NCBI GenBank assembly: GCA_918797485.1
Contig: CAKKNE010000003.1
Coordinates: 3,286,001 to 3,350,000 of the forward strand
Length of the DNA: 64,000 bases
Direction: 5' to 3'
From: Pelagomonas calceolata
Lineage: Eukaryota
In this document: piece after piece, positions 10,799 to 23,502 of the stretch
How the letters are laid out: the number at the start of each line of letters is the position of its first letter
Position numbering within the stretch: position 1 is the first letter of the stretch
Translations under genes and position numbers: made by a program
Notes under the pieces: generated by a model
What the model saw: only the letters and a program-made list of their open reading frames with translations
Told to the model about the DNA's origin: nothing
Databases searched by the model: none

Positions 10799-11122
10799 CT
10801 AAGGTGCAATTTACGTGGGAAAAACGCGCAAACTACGCGTAAAGCACCGCTACAGGAGATCCGAGTCCCACTGGCACGTAAAAAACGGCGTAAAAAAGGA
10901 GCCGAGCCAATCGCTAGTTTTATGCTGTTGCGAGGTGCGTACTCTAGGTGTGCGCTTGCGCCGTACTCTAGGTGGCCACCAAGGCCTCGTTTAGTCGCTC
11001 TGCTGCGTATGTGCGGGTTTTACAAATAATTAAAAAGCCCGCGTAAATTGCGCGTAAAACACGCGTAAATTTACGCTGGACCGTTTCTCACGTAAAAAAC
11101 GCCGCACGTAAATTGCACTTAC
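10799..11122. mobile_element. MITE family C (hAT-like, degenerate 8-bp TSD)
   Basis: TIR CTAAGGTGCAATTTACGTG / CACGTAAATTGCACTTAC; flanks CGTGACTC / TGTAACTC (6 of 8 match). Paralogs at 43417-43868 and 23071-23230. Confidence 0.8.
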
Positions 11123-11399
11123 TGTAACTCCTCCTCCTCCTCCTCTACTACTACTTAGCGGGGACGCGACTCGGACACGAAACGCCACTGTAATCGTGAC
11201 CTCAGGTTGACTGGCGCAATGTTCCAGCTTATTTTGGGAGGAGCCCTGTCCGCAGCTAAGCGCACGATTGACCACAAACTCACAAGGACATCCTAGACGT
11301 ATAATGTATTCTAGTTAAATAAATAATCGGACGTTGTTAGCTTAATAGAATCGTCGAGTCATGCACCACCGAGCCTACACCGAGCCACCAAGATTGAGT

Positions 11400-14300
11400 T
11401 TAGTTCTGGTCCTTGCAATGAAATTTTGAACAGCGTCGCGTATGCTCAATGATGGAGAGGGATATCGGGAGACCATAGCACACTGGGGCGGCACCATTAA
11501 GGTTTCTTAGTTTTGTCTCTCTCCTAGCTGCGTTTAGAATGTCAGGTATCGGACAACTTGGGCTTTTAGCCATTGACTGTAGCAGATACAAAGTGATACG
11601 ATCAATATCACGATCTGTGACGTCCCACAGCATAGCAACAACGATCGGAGTCCCTCTAGCAAGCAGCTCGAGAGCCATTCCCTTTGCTTCAAAATCACCT
11701 ACTCGCGAGAGAGCACCCGAGGAACAGCCCATAAGCAGCACTGCAGACATGAAATTAGATGCAACAGCAGACTCCAGGTAAGCGCCTCCATAGCCGTGAC
11801 CGCAAAAAAGAAATGCAGCACAGTTCGGCATCTTGGCGGTCAGCTGTGCTGCGACATCACGGGGTGGCATATCACCGAGAGCAGCATATGACCACACAAG
11901 ACCACTCGTGGCGTTTGTCTTAGTATCGCCCAGATATTTTGCCAGCTTATGACGGGTAGAGGGCAAGTTCGCCTGTGGATCGACAACGCAGCAGGCACGC
12001 ATAGGAATATCATTATTGATGGTATCCGAGACACTTAGATTCATCCCTGTTGCAAGTGATAATGCAAATGCGAGGGAAGGCACGCGTGATATTGGTGCAG
12101 AACGTGGGACAGACAGAGCTTCGAAAGGCAAAAATTGGAGCTGCTTGTCCAGTGCTAAAATCATAGGTTGGCGAGCTTTCGCTACCTTTCGGGGTTGCAT
12201 CACACATTGTGATGTAATGGCCGCCTTTTGAAGCACACCAGCGAGCCGACCAAGCAGTGGCCTTTTTAGGCCCAAGTTGCTGAGCCTCAGGTCATCCAAA
12301 GCGGCCTTGAGATCCAAAATCGTCAGCTTGTAGAGAAGAGTGAGCCACAGACGAAGCAACATCTTCATGATGCAGGGGGAAGCGGTTCCTCTTATGTCAA
12401 CAACCCCAAACCTACTGGCACAGAGAAGCGTGTTGGCTTCCAGTAGAGTTATATTGGGTGCAGCCCAGAAGCATAGCTGCATGATCTGGTATTCAACACT
12501 AATCGGAACTTCGGCACTTTGCTTAGGACGGAGTATGGACGCAGGCTTCGTTGCAAAAAGCGCACGCATTGCACCAAGCCAAGACTTGTCAAAGCCAACA
12601 AGCCCAGCATGTAGGACTGAATCGAGAGAGTGCCGTTGGCACCACCAGATTCTGCGCGCAGCAGTATGATTGCTCCTGCTGGTAAAAAGCAGCTTCGAAC
12701 GTTGAGGCAGCAAGGACGCATCTGCGCGAAGACCAGCAGCAGAGGCCTTCAGAGCCTTAGCAGAAGTTCCAAGGGGAGAAGTCGAAGTATCTGAATCGTA
12801 CCAGCTTTCTGGGAGGCCTGAGCATAGTGTGATTGGTTGTTGACCACGCTGAAGCCGTGAAATCACAAGGTGCCCTGTTGGCGATATGAAACCTGCAACA
12901 AGGGAAAACGTTTTAGGAAACGGCGCCAGCAGCCGATCGAGAACATTCCGATCATGTGTTTCAAGAGTGTCGCACCAGCCTAGAGCTCCTGCATTTGGAA
13001 CTTCAAGTAAGCCCATGAGGAGATCATCTACTCCTGCCATTGCTCGGCTCAAGAGGCTATTTGAGTCGTTAGAAGTAGCAAACGCATGGCGTGCACGTCC
13101 CAATGACGAGTGTGCGAGAAGCGCCACAAGTGGGGACGAAACCGCACCTGGGACAAAGTGAAGTGCAGCCACAGTGAGGGCGCGAGCACTCTTTGCCGCA
13201 AGTTTCCACTCGCATTTTCGCCGGGCATAACTAAAGGCATGACGAAGCAAATCCAGGACTTCCGATGCAGCAGCAGTGTTGCTAGATGCCACATTGAAAA
13301 GTTGTCGAGCCAGGCGGTATCTAAGCCAGGAACTTCTTAGCATGATGGATGATGACTGAATGCGCAGTGACTCGCGATAAGTGGCCACTGCCCGAGACCT
13401 GCGACATCCAATGTCGATAAGACGGGCGCCGCTGCTTATAAGAAGCTGACAATGCCGCAATAAGCCAGCGTGACTTTGTTTGCCACTGATGGCATCGACC
13501 TGCCAAGGTGACGATTCAGTGAGGCATTCGTCTATGACTTTGAGGACTTTACTTGCTGACTTGTAGCACCTACCTGCAATTTCCAGTTTACCTATGCGCC
13601 TAAGTAGATCGCCCTCATTAAGAACCTGCTCAAGACATCGGATATTCTCAGGAAAGTCGATGCTATTATCATGACTAGCAAGGTCTAGAACCAATGCTGC
13701 ATCACCCCAATCCTGCAAGGAGATAGCAAGACACAATTCAAGCCCTCTTGCCGCCTGCCTTAATTTGTGACATTGCTTGATACTAGCTGCACGCTGTACA
13801 TATTTGGATGCACGTGCACTGCATCCCCGAACAAGCCAGAGCCGTGCAAGATGAAGCCAGAGTACACCCTGGATCATTGCCTTCGACTGTGCAGAATCTC
13901 GAATGGCATATAAATTGCGTTCACACCAGCAAGGTGGGAACCTCGAAAGTATCTCGAGAGAACCAAGAGCATTTGTGGCGCCCGAAATATTTGCAAGATG
14001 CATTTGTGTAGCGAACATTTCAAGCCCAATTTCTGCAGCTGCTCGCCGTTGCATATGGATAAGTGCTTCGTCCAACGCAATAGCTAGGTGTGCTTCAGCT
14101 ACGTTGCCACTCGGCTTGCCTTGCACACGAAGTAAATGATGCCGGTCATCGAAGTAAGGCGGGGTTCCAACCTCACAGCAACATAGATTTTCAAATGGTG
14201 CTACAACAGAGTCCCCACCGACAGTGACTAACATCGAAGAAGACGGCCCTATTGATCCACTACGAAGAGCCGCAATCGCAGACGACGCGATAATTGCACT

Positions 14301-16382
14301 GTGCAGCTGTGGTACTAGCCTCGCCAGTGCACCACATGAACGAATCTCACAAATGACGTTTTCGACAGATGCAAATGCATCCCGCAACAATGCTGTCGCT
14401 AACGCCAGATGTTCTACGTGTACTGAATGTAGATCGTGCAGCCCCTCAAGGCCTGAAAGCGCAGATGCTTCGTGGGTCACATCTCTGTAATGATTATTTG
14501 CATTCGACTCGCAGCCTATTGCTAATGCTAGGGAGCAACACGCAATGGAATCAGTAGCTGAATTAGAACCTGGTGACCCCATGCAATAATTTGCAAGTAC
14601 GGCACCAGCAGTATAAGAACCTCGGCGCACAAGCGCGATACTCGCGCGAGACAATGTTAGCGCAGCTCTAGCTACATCACATGTTGCCAGCTCCTCGGCC
14701 GCAGTGATAAATGTTGAGATGCTACTTTGTCTTTCGCAGATCCCGAGTCTTTTTCTAAGTACATCCTTGACATGCATCAAACCTGAAGATTGGAGTAAGT
14801 CGAGGAGGGATGGAGGTAACATAGTGTTAACTACAGCCCGCGAATAGCATGTGACAGCATCAAAAATCGAGGCCTCGTCAATGCAGTAGCAGGTCGACCA
14901 CGCAGCAGCCGCAGCAGCATCAAAGTCTCGCTTAAGCCGGTCCAGACAATTTGCAATCCCAATCCATGGCACGGCGCTGCCACTTGTCCGCAGACTAGCA
15001 CGTTTTAGAAGTGCAGCAGCCACGCCAAACGTACGAGTATCTGTTGCTCTGCGAAGAACTACGAGGCCAGTTGCTGCATAGCCCATCGCAGCTCGCTGAG
15101 CTGACGACATGCCCTCAGCAGACTTGGAATGTGTGGCTACTTTGTCGAGCGCACTACGCTTGGCAGCAAAACTGGCTGCAAGCCAACATGCATCTGCACG
15201 CTGGTTGCATGCACTACTTTCCTTCATATACTTCCCCCATTCATGGCGCGCCAGAGTAAGAAGAACTGTCTCATAATGTGAGTAGCCACATGCTTTTGAA
15301 TCAGAGTAATGTCCAAATGCGGTTGGCGCATTAGAAAGTGCTATCCATGCACGCCGCCACACAGAAGAAATATATTGGTCTGTCTTACTTATCTCCAGGG
15401 CACAATTAAAACACCTGTTAGCCTCGGCAAGTGCTATTGTTGGCTTTCTTTGCTTTCCAAGATCTGAACAGTAAAGAACTCCGTGAAACAATGGCCAGTC
15501 CCCTAGCTGTGCCCGACCCCTAGCTCGGACGCGCGCCGCTCCAAGCTTATCGCCAGATGCGTCTAAAGTTATCGCGCGTCGCGTGCACCACTCAAACATG
15601 ATGTGTGGCGTGGCCCTCCACGGATCAAGCTGTCCGTCAAGAGACGAAAACCACTGCACACGAGCAACAACAGAAGCAGGAGCCATCTTTTTGTGTGTCG
15701 AAAGGCCATGTAGGGCTTCACTCGTGACAATATCCACAGCTTCAGGTGCTACGGCGACAAGTACTTCTAATGCTGTGCGTCTACAGGTCCATGCTATGTC
15801 TGCCAATTCTGGAGATGCCGCCTCAAGTGCAAAAGCACCTTTCCAAAGTGTCGCTCGTAGTTTGTCTGCATACTCTCGCGGAGATATTGACTGCACCCTG
15901 CATTGCTCCTCTGTGGACATCACATAGAGTAATGTGGTAATAGCCCTGGCACTCCACGCACCTTTAGCAGCCAGTGCTTTTGCCCCCTTTAAGCTTGGGG
16001 TGGTGACGATACTGTTAAGTTGCAGCCGTGCAGCATTCACGCTAGCTCCCGCTCCGAGTGCTACTGCAGTGAAAGACCACGCATCTGCTCGTCGTTCTAG
16101 TCGTTCTTTAAGAACATCCGCCAATAGCAACGCGTGGATATTCGTGACCTTGTTTTCCACTGCGCGACTGATGGCTTGGTAGAGCCACTTATCACACGAT
16201 GAATCGTCTCCAGGGTAAGCCGCAAGATCATTGAGAGCTACAACTGCATCCTCGAAAGCTCTACGGCTGGCATGCTGCTTCAACCCAAGCTGCGTGCGTA
16301 ATACTAGTGACCTCACCTCTCCACCGCCCTCTAGTTCTACCCTATTGCAGCGTGCATTCGCACTTGCCTCCCGGCGCGGCAT
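11400..16382 (-). CDS. ESP1: Separase (peptidase C50)
   Basis: About 1660-aa ORF; C-terminus has LPFEAL, VVDPQANL, FLFCGHG (catalytic His), LLMGCSSG (catalytic Cys), LWDVTDRDID and APVCYGLP. First ATG is at 16382; the ORF-track start at 16424 is not ATG. Confidence 0.9.
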   Translation of the reverse strand: MPRREASANARCNRVELEGGGEVRSLVLRTQLGLKQHASRRAFEDAVVALNDLAAYPGDDSSCDKWLYQAISRAVENKVTNIHALLLADVLKERLERRADAWSFTAVALGAGASVNAARLQLNSIVTTPSLKGAKALAAKGAWSARAITTLLYVMSTEEQCRVQSISPREYADKLRATLWKGAFALEAASPELADIAWTCRRTALEVLVAVAPEAVDIVTSEALHGLSTHKKMAPASVVARVQWFSSLDGQLDPWRATPHIMFEWCTRRAITLDASGDKLGAARVRARGRAQLGDWPLFHGVLYCSDLGKQRKPTIALAEANRCFNCALEISKTDQYISSVWRRAWIALSNAPTAFGHYSDSKACGYSHYETVLLTLARHEWGKYMKESSACNQRADACWLAASFAAKRSALDKVATHSKSAEGMSSAQRAAMGYAATGLVVLRRATDTRTFGVAAALLKRASLRTSGSAVPWIGIANCLDRLKRDFDAAAAAAWSTCYCIDEASIFDAVTCYSRAVVNTMLPPSLLDLLQSSGLMHVKDVLRKRLGICERQSSISTFITAAEELATCDVARAALTLSRASIALVRRGSYTAGAVLANYCMGSPGSNSATDSIACCSLALAIGCESNANNHYRDVTHEASALSGLEGLHDLHSVHVEHLALATALLRDAFASVENVICEIRSCGALARLVPQLHSAIIASSAIAALRSGSIGPSSSMLVTVGGDSVVAPFENLCCCEVGTPPYFDDRHHLLRVQGKPSGNVAEAHLAIALDEALIHMQRRAAAEIGLEMFATQMHLANISGATNALGSLEILSRFPPCWCERNLYAIRDSAQSKAMIQGVLWLHLARLWLVRGCSARASKYVQRAASIKQCHKLRQAARGLELCLAISLQDWGDAALVLDLASHDNSIDFPENIRCLEQVLNEGDLLRRIGKLEIAGRCYKSASKVLKVIDECLTESSPWQVDAISGKQSHAGLLRHCQLLISSGARLIDIGCRRSRAVATYRESLRIQSSSIMLRSSWLRYRLARQLFNVASSNTAAASEVLDLLRHAFSYARRKCEWKLAAKSARALTVAALHFVPGAVSSPLVALLAHSSLGRARHAFATSNDSNSLLSRAMAGVDDLLMGLLEVPNAGALGWCDTLETHDRNVLDRLLAPFPKTFSLVAGFISPTGHLVISRLQRGQQPITLCSGLPESWYDSDTSTSPLGTSAKALKASAAGLRADASLLPQRSKLLFTSRSNHTAARRIWWCQRHSLDSVLHAGLVGFDKSWLGAMRALFATKPASILRPKQSAEVPISVEYQIMQLCFWAAPNITLLEANTLLCASRFGVVDIRGTASPCIMKMLLRLWLTLLYKLTILDLKAALDDLRLSNLGLKRPLLGRLAGVLQKAAITSQCVMQPRKVAKARQPMILALDKQLQFLPFEALSVPRSAPISRVPSLAFALSLATGMNLSVSDTINNDIPMRACCVVDPQANLPSTRHKLAKYLGDTKTNATSGLVWSYAALGDMPPRDVAAQLTAKMPNCAAFLFCGHGYGGAYLESAVASNFMSAVLLMGCSSGALSRVGDFEAKGMALELLARGTPIVVAMLWDVTDRDIDRITLYLLQSMAKSPSCPIPDILNAARRETKLRNLNGAAPVCYGLPISLSIIEHTRRCSKFHCKDQN

Positions 16383-16739
16383 GGGACCGTAATACACCGT
16401 AGGTACCGTAGGTACCATTATCAAAGAAGTAAAATCGACTCTTAAACTGGTTTCTCAGGGCACTCCTCTATCAACGACCGACGACGAGCTACGCCCAAGG
16501 GCGCCTAGCGCGGCGGTGGATGCGGCCTCTCCTCCTAAGCTTGAGATACGAGCTTGTACTGGAGCACTTGGACTGGAGCACTTGCATTTGAAATTGGAAT
16601 TGCAAGTTAGTAGTCAGTCACTTAGTCACTTTAATCGCTAGCGCTAGGCGGCCCACCCGTGGAACGAGCGTTGTACTTTCTTCTGTACATTGTAGCCCTA
16701 CCGCAGTATAATATTATATCGAAATTAACGCACTCAAAC

Positions 16740-17792
16740 ATGGCTAATTCAGCTTACACACACACAACTTCTCCTAAGCCCTTGTTGTCAAAGATGAAAA
16801 AAACGACGTACAGAGCAGAGGACGAAGAAAACATAATAACAAACAACATAATGTTTGATCGACGTGTTGTACGCGGCAATACGTACGCCGCCCAGGTTGT
16901 AACTCACAACACGCAGCGGGAAGTTGAGCGTATGAGATATGAAAGCGAGCGGACGCTACGGAGGGACGCAACATGCCAACGCAAGGAGCGGCTAGCTAAG
17001 CCAAGCACCCCTCCGCCCGCAGAAGGGAGAGCTCACATCAAAGCTCAAACAGACACTTTCCTCGAAGAACTGTCTGATCGCCCGGTGGAGAGTGAGGCTG
17101 TGACGCAAACTGAGGCTATTTTGGACCGACCTCCATCGCCTTTGTTCATCCCATCAAAGACTGGAGTTGACAAAGAAACGGATATACCTGGCGGTGACCT
17201 TTTTGATTTTGACATTGAGGTAAAGCCAATACTCGAGGTATTAGTTGGTAAGACCCTGCGCGTTTCAATGATGGAGGTAATGGAAGAGGCCGAGCTTGAT
17301 GCTATTCAGCGCCGCCAGATGGAATTTGAACAAATGCGGAATGCTGAGCTTGTTGAGGTCCAGCGCCTTGATGCAGAAGCCTCGAGGCGTTTCGCAGAAA
17401 AGCAGCGGCGTTTCACTCAGGAGACGGACCGGCTTCGTCAGCAGGCAGAGCTTGGGCAAAAGGTTGCAGCCCGTGCATTTGCCAGGAGCTATCTTGCGAA
17501 TCTTTCCGAGCTTGCCTTCGACCAGCTTGAAGACTCAGGCCACTTTGTTGATCCTGTTGAGAAGGAGATTCAGGATAGCTTCATCCCATGGTTATTCGAT
17601 AGTGTAGTTGAGACCACCAATAATCATATCAGCTCAAGTAGCTGCGTTGATGCTCTCATTGTCGACGCAATTGAACTAGCCAGCAACCTACAGAGCGATG
17701 TCATTAAGCAAATAAAACAAAAAGAACGTGCTCGGGTCTTTGCCGTCGAGGATGCACAAGAAATAAAAGAGGCTGAGGGGACGGCAAAATGA
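16740..17792 (+). CDS. RSP3: Radial spoke protein 3
   Basis: NIMFDRRVVRGNTYA, LDRPPSPLFIP.KTGVD, LFDFDIEVKPILEVLVGKTL...MEVMEE.EL; likely start MANSAY at 16740. Confidence 0.93.
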   Translation: MANSAYTHTTSPKPLLSKMKKTTYRAEDEENIITNNIMFDRRVVRGNTYAAQVVTHNTQREVERMRYESERTLRRDATCQRKERLAKPSTPPPAEGRAHIKAQTDTFLEELSDRPVESEAVTQTEAILDRPPSPLFIPSKTGVDKETDIPGGDLFDFDIEVKPILEVLVGKTLRVSMMEVMEEAELDAIQRRQMEFEQMRNAELVEVQRLDAEASRRFAEKQRRFTQETDRLRQQAELGQKVAARAFARSYLANLSELAFDQLEDSGHFVDPVEKEIQDSFIPWLFDSVVETTNNHISSSSCVDALIVDAIELASNLQSDVIKQIKQKERARVFAVEDAQEIKEAEGTAK

Positions 17793-18329
17793 TGCCCTTT
17801 GCACGCAGCCCTAACCATACAGTAGCTGGAAACAGCGACGTGGTATAGTAGCTCGCTGGTGGTCTGTGACTTTACTGGAAGTACACTGGCAATAAAAGAG
17901 GGCAATGAATATGACCTAGAATTGGAATCATCGGCAACTTGCCTCCAATTTGTCCCCAAGAGAGCATCGGGCGAACAACCCGGTCAGGTTTAATACCCTC
18001 AGGCTAATAAACTCGATACTAGATGGTGTTGCCAAAAAATACTAGTACATTGCGCGACTCAATTGCGGCACGAAACGCCACCGCGACTTACGCGTTCACC
18101 GGCCACCACTAAATGACTCAATAAAAGACGAAATCGAGATGAGAGGACACATCACAAAACGAGGTCCCCAGGGTCCCAAGGGCTACCTAGGCGAGCTCGA
18201 GAGAGACAGGGACTGCGTGTTGCCCCAGAGCGTAATCGCTCTTAAGAACACTCATCCCCCTGACTGAACTTGAATGCTTCCAATAAACGACAGTTATTAG
18301 TAGTATGTCAGTTACGATGTCCACACACG

Positions 18330-18750
18330 GACTAATTTGAGATTCGAGTTCCCAGCCACTGGCACTTGTGTTCCGGCAATTTCGGATACGGGCCCCAAAG
18401 AGTCCCTTTGTACGCCCCGAGACAGGGCTGGGGGAAAGGGGTCACTTTCGCGTGCCCAAATGGGCCTAACGTGCGGACTTAGCCTAACTTGCGGGTTTTC
18501 AGGATGAAAATAAAACCTCGCTTCCATGCTGGTAATTTGGTCTCCCAGGGGGCCTCGGTACCTATGGCGTGGGGAAGATACGTAGGCGCGGCCGGGTACC
18601 CGATGGGCTGCCAGATAGGTCGCCTGACGTGGCACGAAACGCCACCATGACTCCGATTCAGGCTGGCGACGTTCGCAGGCCACTAAAGTCGTTTCGCCCG
18701 CCCGTTTCGGTCACGTCCCAGAGGGGTACCTAGGCCCCCCTGGCTCGACT
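18330..18750 (+). mobile_element. MITE family D/E copy
   Basis: CTAATTTGAGATTCGAGTTCCCAGCCAC is shared with 21437 and, inverted, with 25443 and 59311. GGCCTAACGTGCG...TTAGCCTAACT.GCGGGTTTTCAGG is shared with 30867. Confidence 0.8.
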
Positions 18751-19349
18751 TGCCGGAACACCGGACGCCTAGGTATAGAGCTTCGTATCATTTGGGTTCG
18801 GGGGTCACCCCCCTTAACAACACTGGCCGTGGCAAGGTACAAATCCCAAAGAGGTGTAGTAGAAAACCGCCATCAAGGGCCTTTCTTTAAGTCTTCCTTA
18901 ATTTACTATTATTTCAATTCAAGTTTTTTGCCAGTGTTTTTATCTGGTAGCGACTCGGACCGAGAAATGGCCAAACAGAGCTATATGAACACCATCAAGA
19001 GAAATGAAGGTGTGAACTACTCCGAGTCCACGGTTAGCTGCCCTCGGACCTTTTTTTTGCCCGGCCGGGGGCTGCTCCGCGAGGTTTAAACCCCGTCGAT
19101 TTTAGTGCTATCCGAGCGCAGGGTAAAAAACCCGACGTGGGAAGCGTCCGTTGCAGATTGAAAACGTATGTCCGAGAATCATAAGGTCATCTGGGCTGCC
19201 ACGATTTATCCCTCTAATAACGTAGGTACCGTAACATAAGGCTTCAGCAAAGCTGCGTCGCCAACTCAATACTGCTGGAAGCAGGCCGTGGGCCGAGCTC
19301 GCGCAATCGATCATCCTCGCCAGCGAGTTGGCGCCACGCGGAAAGCAAT

Positions 19350-20981
<1,632 letters not shown>

Positions 20982-21423
20982 ATTCATTGCAGTGGTTGTT
21001 ATCTCATCCCTTTTAACGCCACAAAAATTACGCCAAACACTCAAAATCAGGCGACTCGCAGCAAACTTACAAAAATCTTTGCGGTTCTGCTACTGGGCGC
21101 CAACAACTTGAACTTCAAGAACTTCCTCCATTCCCCCTTTCGTAGGCTCATGCTTGTTGGAGCTGTACACAAAACTAAGGAATCACGCGAAATACTACTC
21201 AGCATGCAAAGAAATCCACACTGGCAAGGCTGTATTCCTGAATGGGGTCCTGACAACTTGAAGGGGGAGCCCGATTTTTAAATACATTGAATCCTCTCCG
21301 TGCACGGGCATACACAAACAATGGGAGATGCACGAAAATGGTCATCTCAAAATGGTTTGGCCCTCCCGCTCCTGGCAGCCGTTATACTAGTAACTGCACT
21401 AGTTAGTAGTTACCGTGACGGTA

Positions 21424-21562
21424 CGGGGGCGGTCTCCTAATTTGAGATTCGAGTTCCCAGCCACTTGGCCGCCGGCGATTTTGGTTGTGGGGTCCCTTTG
21501 TACGCCCCGTGACCGGGCTGGGGGGAAGGGTCCACTTTCGAGGCGAGACGCGGTCGCGAAGT
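21424..21562 (+). mobile_element. MITE family D/E left end, interrupted by the Copia LTR
   Basis: TA|CGGGGGCGGTCTCCTAATTTGAGATTCGAGTTCCCAGCCACTT. Confidence 0.75.
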
Positions 21563-23055
21563 TGCGATTATGCAAGACCAAAGGAGTACGCACCTTTGGG
21601 AGTACGGCGGCTGAGATAGTCTGCCGCGGAGCTACCTTAAATACACTAAGTAGTTTTGGTTTTAACTGTGTTTATTACGCGTTGCGTGTTGAAGGGTGAT
21701 GTAAGTGTATAGGAAGGGTATAGGATAGGGGGGGGGGGGTATTTCGCCCTATTTATCGCACTCCCCCTTTTCATGAGGGTAAGCTTTTGTTTCCCTTAGG
21801 AGAATATGGGGTGAAAATTGTCCTCCATCCTTTTCGTTCGTTTCATTGAACTGTGCATTTTGGTAAATATCATCAGGTAGCACATGGGCATTTGCCTCTC
21901 AATGAATACACTTAATACTACACAGAAGAATTGGTAGAGTGTTCTGTAGATTGTTTTGTGGTAGGTCGTGGTGGTCGTAGTTCGTGGTAATGTAGCGTTG
22001 AGATGTCGAATAATTAGCAATCATTTGGGCCACCATAAGAGCTAGGAGCTTCATTAGGGTCAAAGCGTACCGCACGTCTCACTTGTGGAGTACGAGGAGT
22101 CGTACTAGGAGAAGGTGCGTCAGGCTCATTGAGTTGCTTCTCGAGAATGCGGAGAGCATATCTGTGTAATGGATCACTCATGCCTGCTATTTCAATCCGC
22201 TGACGCTCCTGAGTGGCGACAATGTGATCTAAAGCGATCATAACTACTTGGGTATATGAAGTTCCATCTCCTTTCTCCTCGTCATCTTGTGTTTCAGTCC
22301 ATACAGGGCCCGCTTGAGCTTAACAGTTGTGTGAAGCTTGCCGTCGGTGTCCCGTTACCTTATACCTTTGGGTAGGTCCATATATGACTGCTTTGAATCA
22401 AGATCGGACTGAATAAATGCTTGCGGAATATCGGAGTGCTTGATCGGGAAGCTACCCATCTACTGTCGTCGATATCCTCGGGTGCGTCTAAAATATCATT
22501 CAATGGCTTAGGAAGTCGTTGCAATTTGGACCTCCCTTGTGCGTTTTGACATCTAAAAAGACGACCAGCAGCTTGTACAGTTGTGCACTCATTATGTCAA
22601 ATTGTTCCTTTGTACAAGTGTTGCCAAGATTTATTGACCTCTTATAGCCATCCTCTTCATCCTGATCGGGATCGAGAGGCCAACCTGGAGGTGTCTCGGT
22701 CTGCAACCTAACAAATCTTGAGAATTCAGGTAATCTCTCTCTCACATTCTATGGCAAACGCGGTTCTCCAGAGAATGCCTCTTCTGAGGGCATAACCGTG
22801 TGGAGAAGACTGACATTTTTCTATGTTCGATATGTAGCTTTGACCAGGTTTGCAGATTGCGACATAGTCTTCTGATATCTTTGCTCTACGTGCGCCGGCA
22901 GAATGTTCCTTGAAGTACTTAATGAGCTTGGGTAACTTTTGCCAGTTGCAACCCAAGAAGTATAACATTCTTCTCGTATAAGTTTCTGTCTCGATACCAT
23001 TATCACTAACAAAAAGTGCAAGATGAGGATCTTTGTCCTTAGTTACTAGTTTCAA
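21563..23055 (-). mobile_element. Decayed Ty1/Copia LTR retrotransposon (3' LTR 21563-21760, PPT 21761-21771, RT remnant near 22360-22450) inserted into a MITE
   Basis: TG...CA LTR with 5-bp inverted ends. Minus-strand peptide IKHSDIPQAFIQSDL..SYMDLPKG matches the Copia RT D...AF...L...YM..P.G motif. Confidence 0.8.
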
Positions 23056-23070
23056 GTTTAGGCTCTTTTC

Positions 23071-23230
23071 CGCAAATTACGCACAGCCGGGCGTTTTTTT
23101 ACGTGAGAAACGGCCCAGCGCAAATCACGCCGTGTTTTACGCGCAATTTACGCGTGCTTTTATTAATAAACCCGCGCGCACGCAGCCTCACTGCGGCAGC
23201 TGAGCCAGAGAGCGCCTAAAACTTTGAAAC
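23071..23230 (-). mobile_element. MITE family C, partial inverted copy
   Basis: TTTTTTACGTGAGAAACGG.CCAGCG...TTTTACGCGCAATTTACGCG is the reverse complement of 11040-11100. Confidence 0.75.
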
Positions 23231-23502
23231 GACTGCCCGTAGTGGCCGCGGGGATATCGGCGACGTCTCTGCGGGTTGGCCGCGGGGTCACGGTCACGGT
23301 GGCAGGACGACGCATGGGGCGGCTAGGCCCGCGGCCCAAGCCTGAGGACCAATAGATATAATAAGGCCCATATACCGCAGTAAGAATACCAAGTACGTTG
23401 ATTTTAGTGTACTATACTACCTAGAATCCAACGCGTTATCAGATCGATTTGGTGCGTGTCAAAGCTGCTTTGTTGACGCTGCTTGGATCTGAATGTCAGG
23501 AG

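Noticed and set aside
18681..19107. CACTAAAGTCG ... CGATTTTAGTG as CACTA termini and the scar-making element
   Set aside because: The flanks (GC versus CT) are not a TSD, and the left motif recurs near 18107 as an internal part of repeat family D/E.
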